The translations under genes were made by a program, and so were the position numbers. The notes under the pieces are model-generated. The model ran no database searches. It worked only from the letters and a program-made list of their open reading frames with translations, and had not been told where the DNA came from. Source: Bispira polyomma (Eukaryota). Taken from it: a DNA stretch of 64,000 nt. How positions within the stretch are numbered: the stretch's first letter is position 1; each line of letters begins with the position of its first letter. The DNA is taken from positions 19,964,001 through 20,028,000 of the forward strand of contig OZ287752.1 in the NCBI GenBank assembly GCA_965649765.1. Reading direction: 5' to 3'. Shown here in pieces: positions 51,900 through 64,000 of this stretch.

Positions 51900-53249
51900 C
51901 CATATTCGACGTAATTACCGCACAGTGCCCTTAGAAAAACAAATTACCTCTATAAATGAGGTTTTAAGTGTTTTCTGGTAACCGCCCAGGCCTACAAAAG
52001 AGCATATCTGTCTGTTCACAGATTAAATTTTTGGAGACCCCATGTAGAAACATATTGGTGCCTGTATTGAGGTGATCTTACCCATCTACACACAAGTCTA
52101 CCATGTCAAGTTACACCTTAAACTGAGACAAACAAAAATGTGTAAATAATGTCACTAGAGGATAAAAATATTACATAATTATTCCCAAGCCAAAAAATAA
52201 CTGGTTTGGTTGAACACAGATAAATTAAAAAGTGAAGTTAATAAATCTTCAGCAATTGTTATTTAGTTTAAGGTTGATTCTTGGCTTTTAAAATATATAG
52301 CATGTCTTTTGCAGATGTGTTCACACTGGTAAATTTTACAATCTATCTGATAACAGAAAGCTCCACAATGAAGTATTACTATAAAAATTTGCTGTAAAAT
52401 TGAAAGGTATTATAAAAATTATTTGGTAACTTTACTATCTTACTCTGTTATTGTCAGTATGATAAGTTCTCTTAGCTTTTAAAAGCATGCCTATTTCAAA
52501 CTTCTACAGCCTACAACAAGAAATAAAATGTGTACTTGGCAAATGAAACTTGAAGCAAAATTTTGATAATTTACTCTAAATTTTTACTGGATTTTAATAG
52601 CCATATGCTGCAGTTGATGGCAGGACAGAAATAGTAACCTTGCTTGGGCTTGTATTTCACACCATTGATCTAAAGAGTATATTTATTTTTTAAAATTTAA
52701 CATTATTGTTTAAATAATATATTAGAGATTATATTCTAATTACATTAATCATGCTAAAGTAGCTTAACTCATTGGAAGTCCTTATTTTGTCACCAATGGG
52801 TGTGCAGACTGATTTTCCTACATACAATAAAGTTGAGCCTTAAATATCTTTGAACAAGGCTACTTCATCAGTCAGTCACTTTCTTCTGTGTTCAAATTTA
52901 TGACTAATTTCTAGCTTTGTAAACCTTAGTGCAGGAAGACTGCATCTTGTGATAGTTTACTTTCACAGGCACTAAAAGTCTTGATTGCAGTTATTCATTT
53001 GTATTAGAAAATAACCCAAGTACTAACATAGACTTGTATATAGTATTTATTGCGGTTATTTGCAAAATACTTTTATTTCAAAAATAGCAGTAGAATTATT
53101 TTTTTCCTCTTTCAAATTCTCATTTGCATAGGTACATGCTGATACTTAAGATAAGGCTGAAGTAATATCTCAAATAGAGAACCATACCAAACATAAAATT
53201 AAGTGATGTGCGGTTAATGGGGCATGTGCGGTAATTACGTCGAATACGG
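51900..53249. mobile_element. Non-autonomous Tc1/mariner/pogo-type DNA transposon (TA TSD, ~24-bp TIR)
   Basis: ta-ccatattcgacgtaattaccgcaca ... tgtgcggtaattacgtcgaatacgg-ta. No transposase ORF seen. Confidence 0.88.
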
Positions 53250-56200
53250 TATATGAGATAATTTCTCTGCTTAGGGATGCAGTGTTTTTGCTTTACAAAA
53301 ACAGTTTTCTTGTTTCATTTTACAAAGCAACCAATTATACTGTTAAATGTTGTTAATGATGCACTTTTTTGGTTTGTTTATGTTAGAATATACCAGTATA
53401 GTAAATTATTTATTCATATTTGAGAAAGGAATCTAAGATTTTCCCTATTAACGTAGCCACATATATTAAAATCAATATTAGGAGTGAGGCTAATTTAGAT
53501 AAAGCTAAAACAACTTTTGAGTCCAAAAATTAATAATTTTTTTACATGTAAGAGTTTTTATTATGTGGTGAATGTTAGATTCCATTCTTTGTGTATTATA
53601 TTGTATTGTCAATGTAACAACCAACATAAAGGGGTGTATATGAATACAATTTAAAAAAAATTACAATTAAAAGGATAAATTATCCTTTTGTTTGTTAACC
53701 TCAAGCACAACAGAACCTCTATTATCAGAATTTTTAATTATTCAAATTATAAACCCATTTCTACCAAACTTCTTTTTATATATTTTTTTTAATTTCTCTT
53801 CCCACAACCATTAATGACTGCTGGGGTACTGTTGTTCCCAGTGATAGACGGGTTTGGTGATCAGGTGGCTGTCCACCTTCTGTCCGTAACTACATATTTC
53901 ATTTTACATGTTCAATAAAGAGTACAGATATGCAGTTCCATATTTTAATCATTGACCTTGGGGATGGGACAGTGATCTCAAAACCTATCTGTCTATATCT
54001 CAGTAACTACTTTTCAAAGGGCAGAGATTTAAATGTTGTTACCCTTGTTTATAACACAACTATTTCATTTCATGACTCTATTTTGAATCTCTTTGTGCCA
54101 GTATTTGTTCTCTCCATAGTTGTATTCTGATAATACGGGTCCCTTTGGCTGGTAAATAAGTGTATGATCTGACCCAGAGATTGTGTGAATGATATACTCA
54201 TCAACTGAGGAATAAAGCTCATGTTATAGAAAATGTAACTTTAAAAATATTTTTTTGGCATATTTGTTGATGATATTTGAGACAGTTTTTGAAAAATTGT
54301 TTGACTAAAGCATAACTGTGATGCTACTATCTGTTTATGTACAGTGACTTGCTAGATACTTTTGTCTTGATGTATATGTAATACATGTATATATTTGGTG
54401 TTTGTTTTGATGCATATCTATCTTTATTAATATTTATTATTATTAACATTTATAAAAAGTATCTTACTGATAATTGTAGCAAACACCAAGCTATATGGAC
54501 TAATACCTACAATATTTGTTGCCTGATTTTAATAACAAATTTCCCATTTTTATCTCTGTGCACATATATTAAGTTTTATCTGAAAATATGTCGTATCAAT
54601 TTTGTATAAATGTATCATAGTAACTTTTTTTTTAATAAATGATCATTCACAAATGAATTCTAATTTAAAATAATATTGAAAAAATTCTGTTCACTGATGC
54701 TTTCATATCTTCTTTCACATATTTAACCTTGTAATAACTGCCAACATTTATTTGTCTTGACCTTAAACTCTATATTCCATTAATTTCTCTAGAAGTATGA
54801 TCATTAAAACATGAGTGATGTGTACTTACCAAGCTCTACATCAAATATGACCATATATTACAGGTATTACAGCTTTGTCAGTGTAAAACCATGTAAATTT
54901 CACACAAGTTTGGATGATTTAACTTCTTTAGTGTTTCCACTCAATACATAGACGTAACTATTTTGTATTTTAAGTTGAATTGTTGTTGGGTTGTTTATTC
55001 TTCGTTTTGCTTCGTTGTGTACATGCCTTTACAGATTCATATCTGATGTTTTCTCTTTTCAAATACTCTTTAAACCAAAGATAAATCTAAAATAGAAATG
55101 TGACTAAAGACCGTCATTGTTGTAATATTTGTAATTATATTGTTACACAACCATTAATGTCAGCCGGCTCATAAAACTATCTGCCGTGTTATTTTAGTGC
55201 TTCAAAAATATTGATATTGCTAGTTTAAGAATATCAAAATTCAACATTAATATGTTACGTTAAAGATGGTAATTTTTTGTGAACCCAAATGTGTAACCCG
55301 AACAGGGTCTTAAACACTACTGTACAAGTTTTTTAAAATTGTGTTATTTTGAGATGATAGAGTAAGACATCTAAAATTTGTCACTTGTATCTGAAATTTG
55401 TCACCTCTAAAATTTAAGCCAAATTAATCAAAACTGCTGAAAAATAACTGTCATTTAGGTAAGTAAGGCAAAATAGTCACAAAAATCTCAATTTGAGCTA
55501 ATATTACCTACAATTATACCAAAAACTCGACATTATTTCAGATACGGTGGCAAATTTTCGAATCCTTACTCTATACAGTGACCAAATGGTAAAGTGTGAA
55601 GGGTAAAAAATGGAGATGTTTTCAACACAATAAAAATATCAATAATGTATTGAAGTAAGTCCCAAATTCTCTTTTAAGATACTTCACTTGTATAAAACAT
55701 TTTATTTCCATCTGGGTTTAATGCAGATCTTGCTGTATTTTAACTATCAAAATTAGAATTCATATTTTATTTATTAATGACATTTTTCTTGTATATATCT
55801 GTTAAACTTCACTTTTGTAATACTGTATTACAATATTATAATCTAATTGGTTTCATTGTTGTTAATATTTTTGTGTAGTGTTTGAAATATATTTGAGTCC
55901 AGTGTATTGCTTTTTAAATATTTTAGGATGTTATCAAATTAAAATCTCGCATCATTTATAAAAATAGTATCATCTATATTCTTGCTATTACAGTTTGTGG
56001 ACTGTTTAGTATGTATGACAATGATTTAATATTTATCACAAATTAAATATACGAAATGTGAAAAAAATTGTTGTTCAATATCCTTGGCAATATTTGGGAT
56101 ATCTAGTTCATTTCCTGTATAAATACAGACAAGAAAAATGTATTAGTTGCAAATTGATGATATTATAACATGATCTGGTATAAATATAATTTGGTTTTTA

Positions 56201-56570
56201 ATATTGTTTTAGCTAAATTTTGTATTTCCAGTTATCTTTCATTATAATTACAGAAATTAAAAAATGTAAAAGTTGTAAAATTATGTAATTATAACAAGAT
56301 CTGGCGTAAATAAAAACTGACTCAAATAAAATGTTTTGATTTTCTTAGCTAAATTTACACTGAAATTATACTTTCACAGAAAAGGTATAGAATCATTAGC
56401 AAAAAGCCTGAAACTGCTGTCAACATGCATCACTTATATGACAAACTAAATGGGGCTTATCAAGGAGCTTAATCCTTGTTTCTTGCCGCAGCCATGATCA
56501 GCAGTATTATTTTGTAAAGAAAGTCCGGTTCATAGTAATTGACAGAATTGCATGAAACCGTCAGTGTTAT

Positions 56571-57445
56571 TGTATGCACCGGAAAACTCCGGTGGATACA
56601 TTGGATTATACTTTGTTACGCCGCCGCCACGTCAGTGTGGGTGGACATTTTACCGTTACCACTCTCCTGGGAAAACTTTTACACCTAGGCTCCTGAAATT
56701 TACAGGAAATGCTCTTTATTACACAAGCTTGCTGGGAGTAATTTTGGTCTTATTTTGAAAAACAAGATGGCCGCTATATGAGTTTCTTTGAAAATAATCA
56801 AGCTTTTTGTACTGATGAACGGTGTCTGTTTCTCTGCTGTAGTGGTTAAATCTCTTTACAGGTGATATGTTTAATGCATATATATGTCCTGTACAAGCAT
56901 GCAGACATTCGACCATGAATCAATGTATTCAAGGCCATCGACAGAGTGCCAGAGTACCCTAAATGACAGATTTTGGCTAAACTTAAAAGTGCCTTTATCT
57001 CACTTCATATTAGTCCTAGAGGTTTGTTATCTGGAACCAACCTATAGGAAATCATGAGCACGGAATCTTTTGATGTTGACATTAAAATATTGGCCCTCTC
57101 CTTCAAAGTCAAACTGGGATGGCCAAACTTGAAAGTGCTTATACCTTGCTTATTATTGGTCAAACATATTTAGTGTGTGAAAGCAAGCTATAGGAAATCA
57201 TGGGGTGGAAATCTTTTGCTGTGTTCAAATTTGACTTTGGGCTTCTCCTTTAAGGTCAAACAGGGACAGCCAAACTTACAAGTATTATTGCTCCCATAAG
57301 TTTGCAATGTCAAAGCCTCCTGTGCCATTTTCGCTGTAACACTTCAGCGAAAAAATGTCCTGTGGCATGCTAGCTACATTGCTTCCTACCTAGGGGGCTT
57401 TATGTTCCCGGTGGATGCAAATATGCATCAGTTATAGGTCTAGTT
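56571..57445 (+). mobile_element. HINE-like family A copy 4 (more diverged)
   Basis: tgtatgcaccggaaaactccggtggataca hairpin, (gcc)n, about 3 monomers, ggtggatgca...ggtctagtt. Confidence 0.75.
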
Positions 57446-58369
57446 TCATATCAAATCAGTTCTCTCTCATTACTGGCTTGATATTTATTCTGGGAAACCC
57501 CAAAGCCCTGAACTGCATTGAATACCATGGCTTCCATGACAGATAGTGACAGTCAACCTGAGCTAGGTACTTGTTACTTATTGCATATCTGGTGTCACTT
57601 TTACCATAAAAGGAATTCACTTTGAAATAGAAATTACAATAAATCGGCTTGTCATGTGCACATATTCTATTTAATAAACTATTCAATGTTACCAACATGC
57701 CTGCTTAGTGATCATAATAAGGGGATTTTTAAAACCCTCTACACCATAAAATAGAGGATTACATGTTTAGTTCATATAGACTAAGATTGGTTGTATAAAA
57801 ATAGACTTTCCTCGTCCTAACATTTGCTATATTTGATGGACATCATATAGCCGAAAAGTTATACACCTGCCTTAACCTGTGATTTAGTAGTTTACTTGTG
57901 TTGTAAACCATAACTAGGTCAAGGACAAAGAACCTCCTTTTTAGCCTCACTTTATTTTTGACCACCAATGTGTACAGTATGGTCATGCCGACTTTTCATT
58001 ACGTATTTTTAGTAAGTACACTGAAAAACCCCAACGATCATCATACACACCATTTTGGAAATTTAGAATTTTTTCCCCAAAGTTTTTTTACTTTTGAGTG
58101 AATTATGGCTCAACAGAATTGCTAGTATGTGATGAAATGTGCTGTTTTGGACGTTTTTAAATTTTAAGTTTGCTTTTAGGAATATCAGTGCCCATATGGT
58201 AGATATGTAGCATTAGAGTCATTTATGACTGGCATTGCTTACACACACCAGGTCACCTGTGGAAAACCATGCAGTTCCACACCCATAGAAGGAAATCTGC
58301 TGGAAACTCCATAGGGCTATCATTTAGAGGTGGTGTAGCATTTGAGTCTGGCATTAAGAACTACATATA

Positions 58370-58802
58370 CATGGTGATTTTTCGCCTGGGCAGTCATACT
58401 GATGTCACTCCATTCCTCAAAAAACGTCACTGGCTTCCTATGCATTATAGAATTTTTGTTCAAAATTCACGTTGCCACTACCAATGCTGTGGTCACTCAA
58501 CTGCCCTCCAACCCTGCTTCCCTTATCTTATTCAGTAACCTAAAGAGAGGCAATAGACTATCTGTGTGTTCTGTTAAACCCTACAGAAAGGTTGGATGCA
58601 GAGCGTTCTCCATTGCAGCTCCATTTTTTATGAAACAGTCTTCCAATCGACCTGGCCTCCCCACTGTAGTTTCCCCTATACATCCTTCCTTGTGACCTTG
58701 CTATGTCCATGGATCACACCATTGGATCACTGATTCTGCTGTTGTGGATTAGAAAATGCCTAACATCAATTAAGGGCGTTAAAAATGCATATTAATAATA
58801 AT
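58370..58802 (+). mobile_element. 3' relic of an L2/CR1-group LINE
   Basis: HTDVTPFLKKRHWLPMHYRI, RGNRLSV...GCRAFSIAAP, tail gcgttaaaaatgcatattaataataa. Resembles 37690-38050. Confidence 0.8.
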
Positions 58803-58959
58803 TGCATACTTACACCATAGAAGTTCCACAGCTTTAGAAGCAGGTCTCGTTGAAATCTCCTCTTTTGGTGGAGGTGATGGTTGTCGGTCACGGCTGGCAT
58901 TCTATTCACACATCAGAGCCATGGAAGTTACAGGAGCCACATGGGTGCCACAGTTTTGT

Positions 58960-59095
58960 CAGGTCCACACCTCCATGGAAAGCTATGCCAGCCCCACAAC
59001 TCCATGGAAAGCCATGCCAGCTCCACAACACAATGGAGAGCCACAACATGTCCACGACTCCATAGAGACCCACTGCTGCTCCACAAATCCACAAA
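58960..59095. repeat. Degenerate ~29-bp tandem repeat (ccatggaaagccatgccagctccacaact), about 4 units plus scattered half-units
   Basis: Units visible directly. Their period shifts the reading frame from one unit to the next. Confidence 0.65.
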
Positions 59096-60329
59096 ATCCA
59101 ATGCTGGTTCCAGAAGAAACTCTGGCTTACCCTGTCCTTACTCTGTACATTTTGACGGAAGCCATGGCAGATCCACAGTTTCAGGAAGCCATGCTGGCTC
59201 CAGGAAAGTAACTGTCTTGTCCTTTAACAACTCTTTACATGCCCACAGCCTTATAGTGAGGTACAGTTTGATGCTTCTGATGATGAGTCTTGAGGAATTT
59301 TTATTTATTGTCCAGCACTTGCGGTTTTTCTGTTCCTTATATAATTTTGCCATAAAATCTTCCAATAATCCTTCTACTGCCTCATTGCCTAAAACTTAGA
59401 ACATGCCTGGAATTACAGGCCCAGAGGTTTTTAGGAAAGTGTTCCACAGATTATGAAGACTTAGCCAATGTCCAAAGGTCACTTCATATTTCATCACAAA
59501 ACAATATGAAACATTCCAGAGGCACAGTTTTTTATTGCTAAGGATTCGCCACTATCTTGTGTCATTACACCTCTCAAGCATTTTCCTCTTTAAGATCCAG
59601 TCGTCAGTATACATCTTTGATGGAAATATCAAAGTTTTGATCAATAAGGCTTTATTCCTAAACTTATGCTTCTGTGGACACTGGTGTGGAAACGTTTTTA
59701 ACCCAAAATATGATTATTCTATGCATTCTGTTAGAACAAAATACACTTTTTTCAGAAACTTCCTTGACCACATAATCAATTAGGATCTGAATCTGCTTTT
59801 TGTTTCCCTCCAAGGTATTGCACTGATTGAATATTTGTAACTTCTTCATGTCCCAAATCTTTAAAAATGTCCAAGTTTGATTGTACACCACTGCGTTACT
59901 ATTCCTACAAAGACATTTGTCAGGTTCCATAGCTCACCTCTTCTCAACAATAGAAATGATTTCTCTCTTTTGTGACTTTCGACAGCTCACAGAGTAGAAC
60001 GTATCAATCGAATGCTACTTTCTTTTATTTCGAGTTCTTCATACGGAAGCAGGCAACAGCCAAGTTTTGTTTCACAGACATATACATAGAGGAGTTCTGA
60101 AGGTTTCTTAATAGGTATCTTCTAGGTATGGAAAACTTGTCAAGTCCACCTCAATGCAGCCTTCCCTATTTAGTAATCATATTGACTAGATTTCCGTGCA
60201 AACCAAGGATTTTAAGAATTCTGGATGTGATCTGTGTTACATAAATCCACAAAATCTTCACATTCATCTGAATTCATCAGAATTTTACTAAGTTTCTATA
60301 GTGCCAAAACTCCAAACTATAGAGTCCAG

Positions 60330-61236
60330 TGATAGGTCATGGTTTGGTCAGTTTTCGGAATTGCCCAAACTTCAAAATGGAGACAGCAGAGTCAATCTGG
60401 AAGTCTCAGAAATGGAGGTTGGTTGAGTTTGATAGCTTTAAACACAACAAGGTTGTATTTGAAAAGAATGGTAGCTAGTACAGTTTCTTTAGGTAGGTTG
60501 AGACATGGCTAAATTTGTTAAGCTTGTACACAATAGAGGCAGGGCATTGTGGACTCTTTGACCTTATTTCTACCGTACAGCAAGTAGTTGCGATAGTCTA
60601 GCTGGCACCATTAAGTTAGCCACTTGGACCAAAGTTTCGAGACTGAGGTACCTACGTATTCTGCACAGATCGCGTTGATGGTAGTAGCAGGCCCGGCTGA
60701 CACTGGCTACATGACTACTGAATGAGTTATCATGGTCGAAGATTACATTAAGGTTTTTTCACTTTACTTAATGGTGACATATTGTTGTTTAGGAGACTAA
60801 TCGGTAAGAATGATTTGCATTTTCACCTATAGTGATAAATTTGGTTTTATCTAGGTTAAGTTTAAGATTTGGCAATCCATTCATGTTTGCACAGCCTCGA
60901 GATATTTTGCCGACTCTGATATGTTTGAGACAAAGTGTCTAGCGCTAAGTGTATTTGTGTGGCATCAGCATACTGGTGGTGAGTGACGTTAAACTGAGAG
61001 ATTATTTTACTGAGGGGAGTGGTCTACATGATGAAAAGAAGAGATCCCAATACAGAACCTTGTGCGACACCATGTGGTAGTGAGAAAGCTTCTGAGAAAT
61101 TATCGCCAATTTTTTTTTTTCTTTCTACAATGTAAATAAGGCCGAATCCAACTAAAATCCAACTAATGCCATCAATGAAAAACCATTCATTCACAATTTA
61201 ATAGGATAGTATGGTCGATGGTATCAAAGGCAGCAA
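60330..61236 (-). mobile_element. Degenerate L2/CR1-group LINE RT relic on the minus strand
   Basis: Minus-strand translations AAFDTIDHTIL (~61205-61236), HGVAQGSVLGSLLF (~61035-61078), YADATQIHLA (~60943-60973), SRACYYHQRDLCRIRR and FKAIKLNQPPFL. Confidence 0.85.
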
Positions 61237-61559
61237 CTTTTAGTCTTTTTTTAGGCTTATAGCAGGTGGGATTCTCTCTTTCGGTCAGGCCAACACTCAA
61301 CTCATCAATTGTTAAGGAAGTGAAGTTTATTGCTTTGACTCATAATTTCAGTATTCAGCAATATTTCTCGAAGATTGGCTCCATAGGGCGAAATCTTGAT
61401 TATTATGTTGTTCTCTAATTTCTTGGGCTGTTTCTTGAAGTACCCTTTTGACTTCAGAATCAGATTGGCATACCCAACCGAGCAAAAATGTTGCATACAG
61501 AAGGATCACATTAACTGAGAATCAGTAGCCTTCTGTTTGACCTGATACTCGATCTGCCA

Positions 61560-61985
61560 TCTCAGCTTTACAGACATCTTTTGACAAAGCTTTGGTTGAG
61601 GATGTCTCTTAGTCTCTTTTTAGTTTTAATGTTTTACCTACATAGAACAAAGGACTTAATGACAGATTCTTAACTCTCTTTTGCTAGCTTGTATAAAACA
61701 GGATTATTCAAAGGATGTTTTAGGCTTCTATTGTTCTCCTGTATCAGTCTATTTTGTATTATTACAGATATTTCAATCAGGAGGTGCAACAAGTCTCTCA
61801 AGGGAAGCCCCATGATGTGAGGGTTATGGCCTCTTATTTGGTCTTTAAAGGGTTTTGTCTCTTCATCAAGTTTTGAGAGCTTGATTCTGGAAGGCTCTTG
61901 CCACTTTCTCCTATTCTGTATTAAACTTGTTCCTCGGGAATATCAGGACATTTTAAAGTTGGCAACTATTGCATCTGCTCAAATG
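61560..61985 (+). mobile_element. DIRS-type tyrosine-recombinase C-terminal relic
   Basis: Frameshifted translations FYLHRTKDL and GKPHDVRVMASYLVFKG...HQVLRA*FWKALATF match the H-x-x-R ... W ... TF catalytic segment of DIRS recombinases. Confidence 0.65.
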
Positions 61986-62824
61986 TAATATGAACATTTG
62001 TGCCGCTGTATAATTCTGTAACAAGAAATATTCCTAAAATATGACTGATTGACCATAAGCTTAGGTTATTTCCTTCGGTCAATCTATGTAATACTATGTG
62101 GTGTTTAAGTTAAATCATAAAAAAAGGTGTAGACCTTCCATGGGGTGCTTTTGGAATACAGTCATCTGAGGATTTTTTTTCCAAAACTTGCTCGAACTTA
62201 ATACTCAACTTAAATGTAGGGCTATGTGAAAATACATTGTATATGTAAATAACCTATAACTTGTGATCACTTATGGTGGTTAAGTGTTAAATGCTTACGA
62301 GTTAAGTTTTAAGTCTGACTAGGCTTTGAGATTGTTGGAGAATATGATCACATATACACAATTGTATACAAAATTACATCTTACCCAAACATCTCCGCCT
62401 CTTGCAACGTTACTGGGAGTTTCTCGTTGAGGACCTTGGGACAGACACACATCATGACTCAAGAATTTAGGACAAATATGAGTGGGGTAGGGTTGCACAG
62501 ATGTCTATCTGTAGAGAAGAAAATGCAGTAGCAAAACCCCAATTACATGCACACCATTGGGTACAGACAGTTTATTGCTGGCATGTGCCCGAAATAGATG
62601 GGCAGTAGCACCAATGTATGGTATCAGAATAAACTTCAGACATGTAAAGGGCATTAATAGCGTTGTAGCTGATCTCTTGTAAAAATGGTACATCTCTTCT
62701 TTAAATACAAGTACCCCTGTTTCAACATTTACCTATCCCTGTGCATGAGTTGATATTTCACCACATTTTGTACTACATAAATTAAAACATTTAGCTATTA
62801 GTTCGTCCAGGTGAACCATCTGCT

Positions 62825-63065
62825 TATGTTGTGATGTTGACAAGATCATGTAAACGTTTGCAATCTGCCTTTCATCCGAAAACAGTAACTGCATATAATT
62901 CCATGTTAATGACTTTCTTTAGATTCTGTGTATTTATGGACATCCATGTGAAGAACTACTTAATTGATCACGTCATGACATTCTTAGAATGCCTGGCATT
63001 ACTAAGTTTACCATCAGTTATGTCTCCAATCACCTATCAAACATTAAAAATATACTGAAATACTA
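62825..63065 (+). mobile_element. DIRS/Ngaro tyrosine-recombinase N-terminal (core-binding) relic
   Basis: ORF 62831-63058: RLQSAFHPKTVTAYNSMLMTFFRFC...VMTFLECLA, a typical 'A-F-x-P-x-T..Y...F..FC...FLE.L' pattern. Confidence 0.6.
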
Positions 63066-63079
63066 CAGTTTGTGTACGT

Positions 63080-63360
63080 ATGTCAAACTTTAATTATACG
63101 CATACCAACATGACAAAAATAAACTTAAATTATATTAACATGCATAGTAGTCAAACCTCAATGCAGTCATGTTGCATACCAACATGACAGAAGCAAAACT
63201 TCAATTATATGCATACCAACATGATAGTAGCAGAACTGATATATACTGACTATATGCTAACATGCCCAAATATGACAAAAGCAAAAATTCACTTTGATGG
63301 CTATATACGTACCAACATGACCAAATATGACAAAAACAGAACTTCAATTATAAAAATATG
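63080..63360. repeat. Degenerate tandem repeat (gcataccaacatgac...aaacttcaattatat)
   Basis: The motif recurs about 6 times. Confidence 0.65.
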
Positions 63361-64000
63361 GCAGTAACGAAGGAACTAACCCAGCCATCCAGGAAGCCAA
63401 TTTAAGATAACTACCAACTCAATGTCAATGTGTCATTTCTTCCACACACTTTCTGAGCATCATGTTCTCAAATTGAACAAAATCCTCTTTATTCAAATTG
63501 TACAGACCAGATCTTATCACCTGACATTATCAAAAAAACTCTGTCCTTGGACACTTGTACCACTCATATTATCAATATTATTCATTTTTCAGTTGGGAAT
63601 GGTATTTTACTTGCTTGTTTCAAAACCGATTATGATAACCACGTACTGAAAAAAAATTAGACCTGTCTCCAAACTTCAGCTTTGTCTCTAAAAAGATTTA
63701 GAAAGATGTTGACTTCATCCAAATATTTTCTGAATTCCTGGAAACCCGCAACTTTCTGTCTCCTATCCGAAGCTATTATGATAGGTGAAATTCGACAAAA
63801 GTCAGCACCACAGTCATTAAATACTTTACCAGCCTCTAACAGAATAGCTTTGATGATATATTTTGTTCTTATTAGTGTGTATATACAACTAAAATCATGA
63901 TGCTTAAAAAGTGTAAACATTTGATAAATTTTTTTAACCCTAGCCCCCATATATTGGATAACTGTCTTTTGTGCTGGTGCGCCTTAGAGTCCCCTTTGTT

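Noticed and set aside
58850-59399. Overlapping + strand ORFs as a gene
   Set aside because: They arise from a GC-richer ~29-bp repeat that is open in several frames, with no recognisable domain.

Overview
AT-rich metazoan nuclear DNA. The repeat repertoire suggests a mollusc or other lophotrochozoan (inference). There are no prokaryotic systems, CRISPR arrays or true tRNA/rRNA genes. The main hidden feature, almost invisible in the ORF track, is a + strand intron-rich gene spanning at least 17174-50710 and possibly starting at or before 4234. It has nine 27-36 nt symmetric (phase 1-1) Thr/Ser-rich microexons and a 51-nt Asp/Asn/Gly exon. Three symmetric exons follow, each carrying one transmembrane helix, with Cys-x-Cys clusters (DCDCDCDCTCDCC and CDCCNCDCNC) directly before TM1 and TM3. 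The cytoplasmic tail ends ...PRKLPPIGRKY*. The 15 core exons splice into one open frame of about 309 aa that I do not recognise as a named family. Several stop-containing or donor-deficient exon look-alikes lie inside the array. Introns and flanks carry many mobile elements: a 5'-truncated Penelope/Neptune retroelement with a 17-bp flanking direct repeat and a degenerate hammerhead core, four copies of a Helentron-type non-autonomous element with internal ~147-bp arrays, and other array-bearing elements. There are also TA-, TAA- and 9-bp-TSD MITEs, tRNA-derived SINEs, L2/CR1-group LINE relics, DIRS-type tyrosine-recombinase relics, and a 45-unit 20-bp minisatellite grown from a MITE terminal repeat. 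All exon calls are by-eye splice-site and frame inferences without transcript data.
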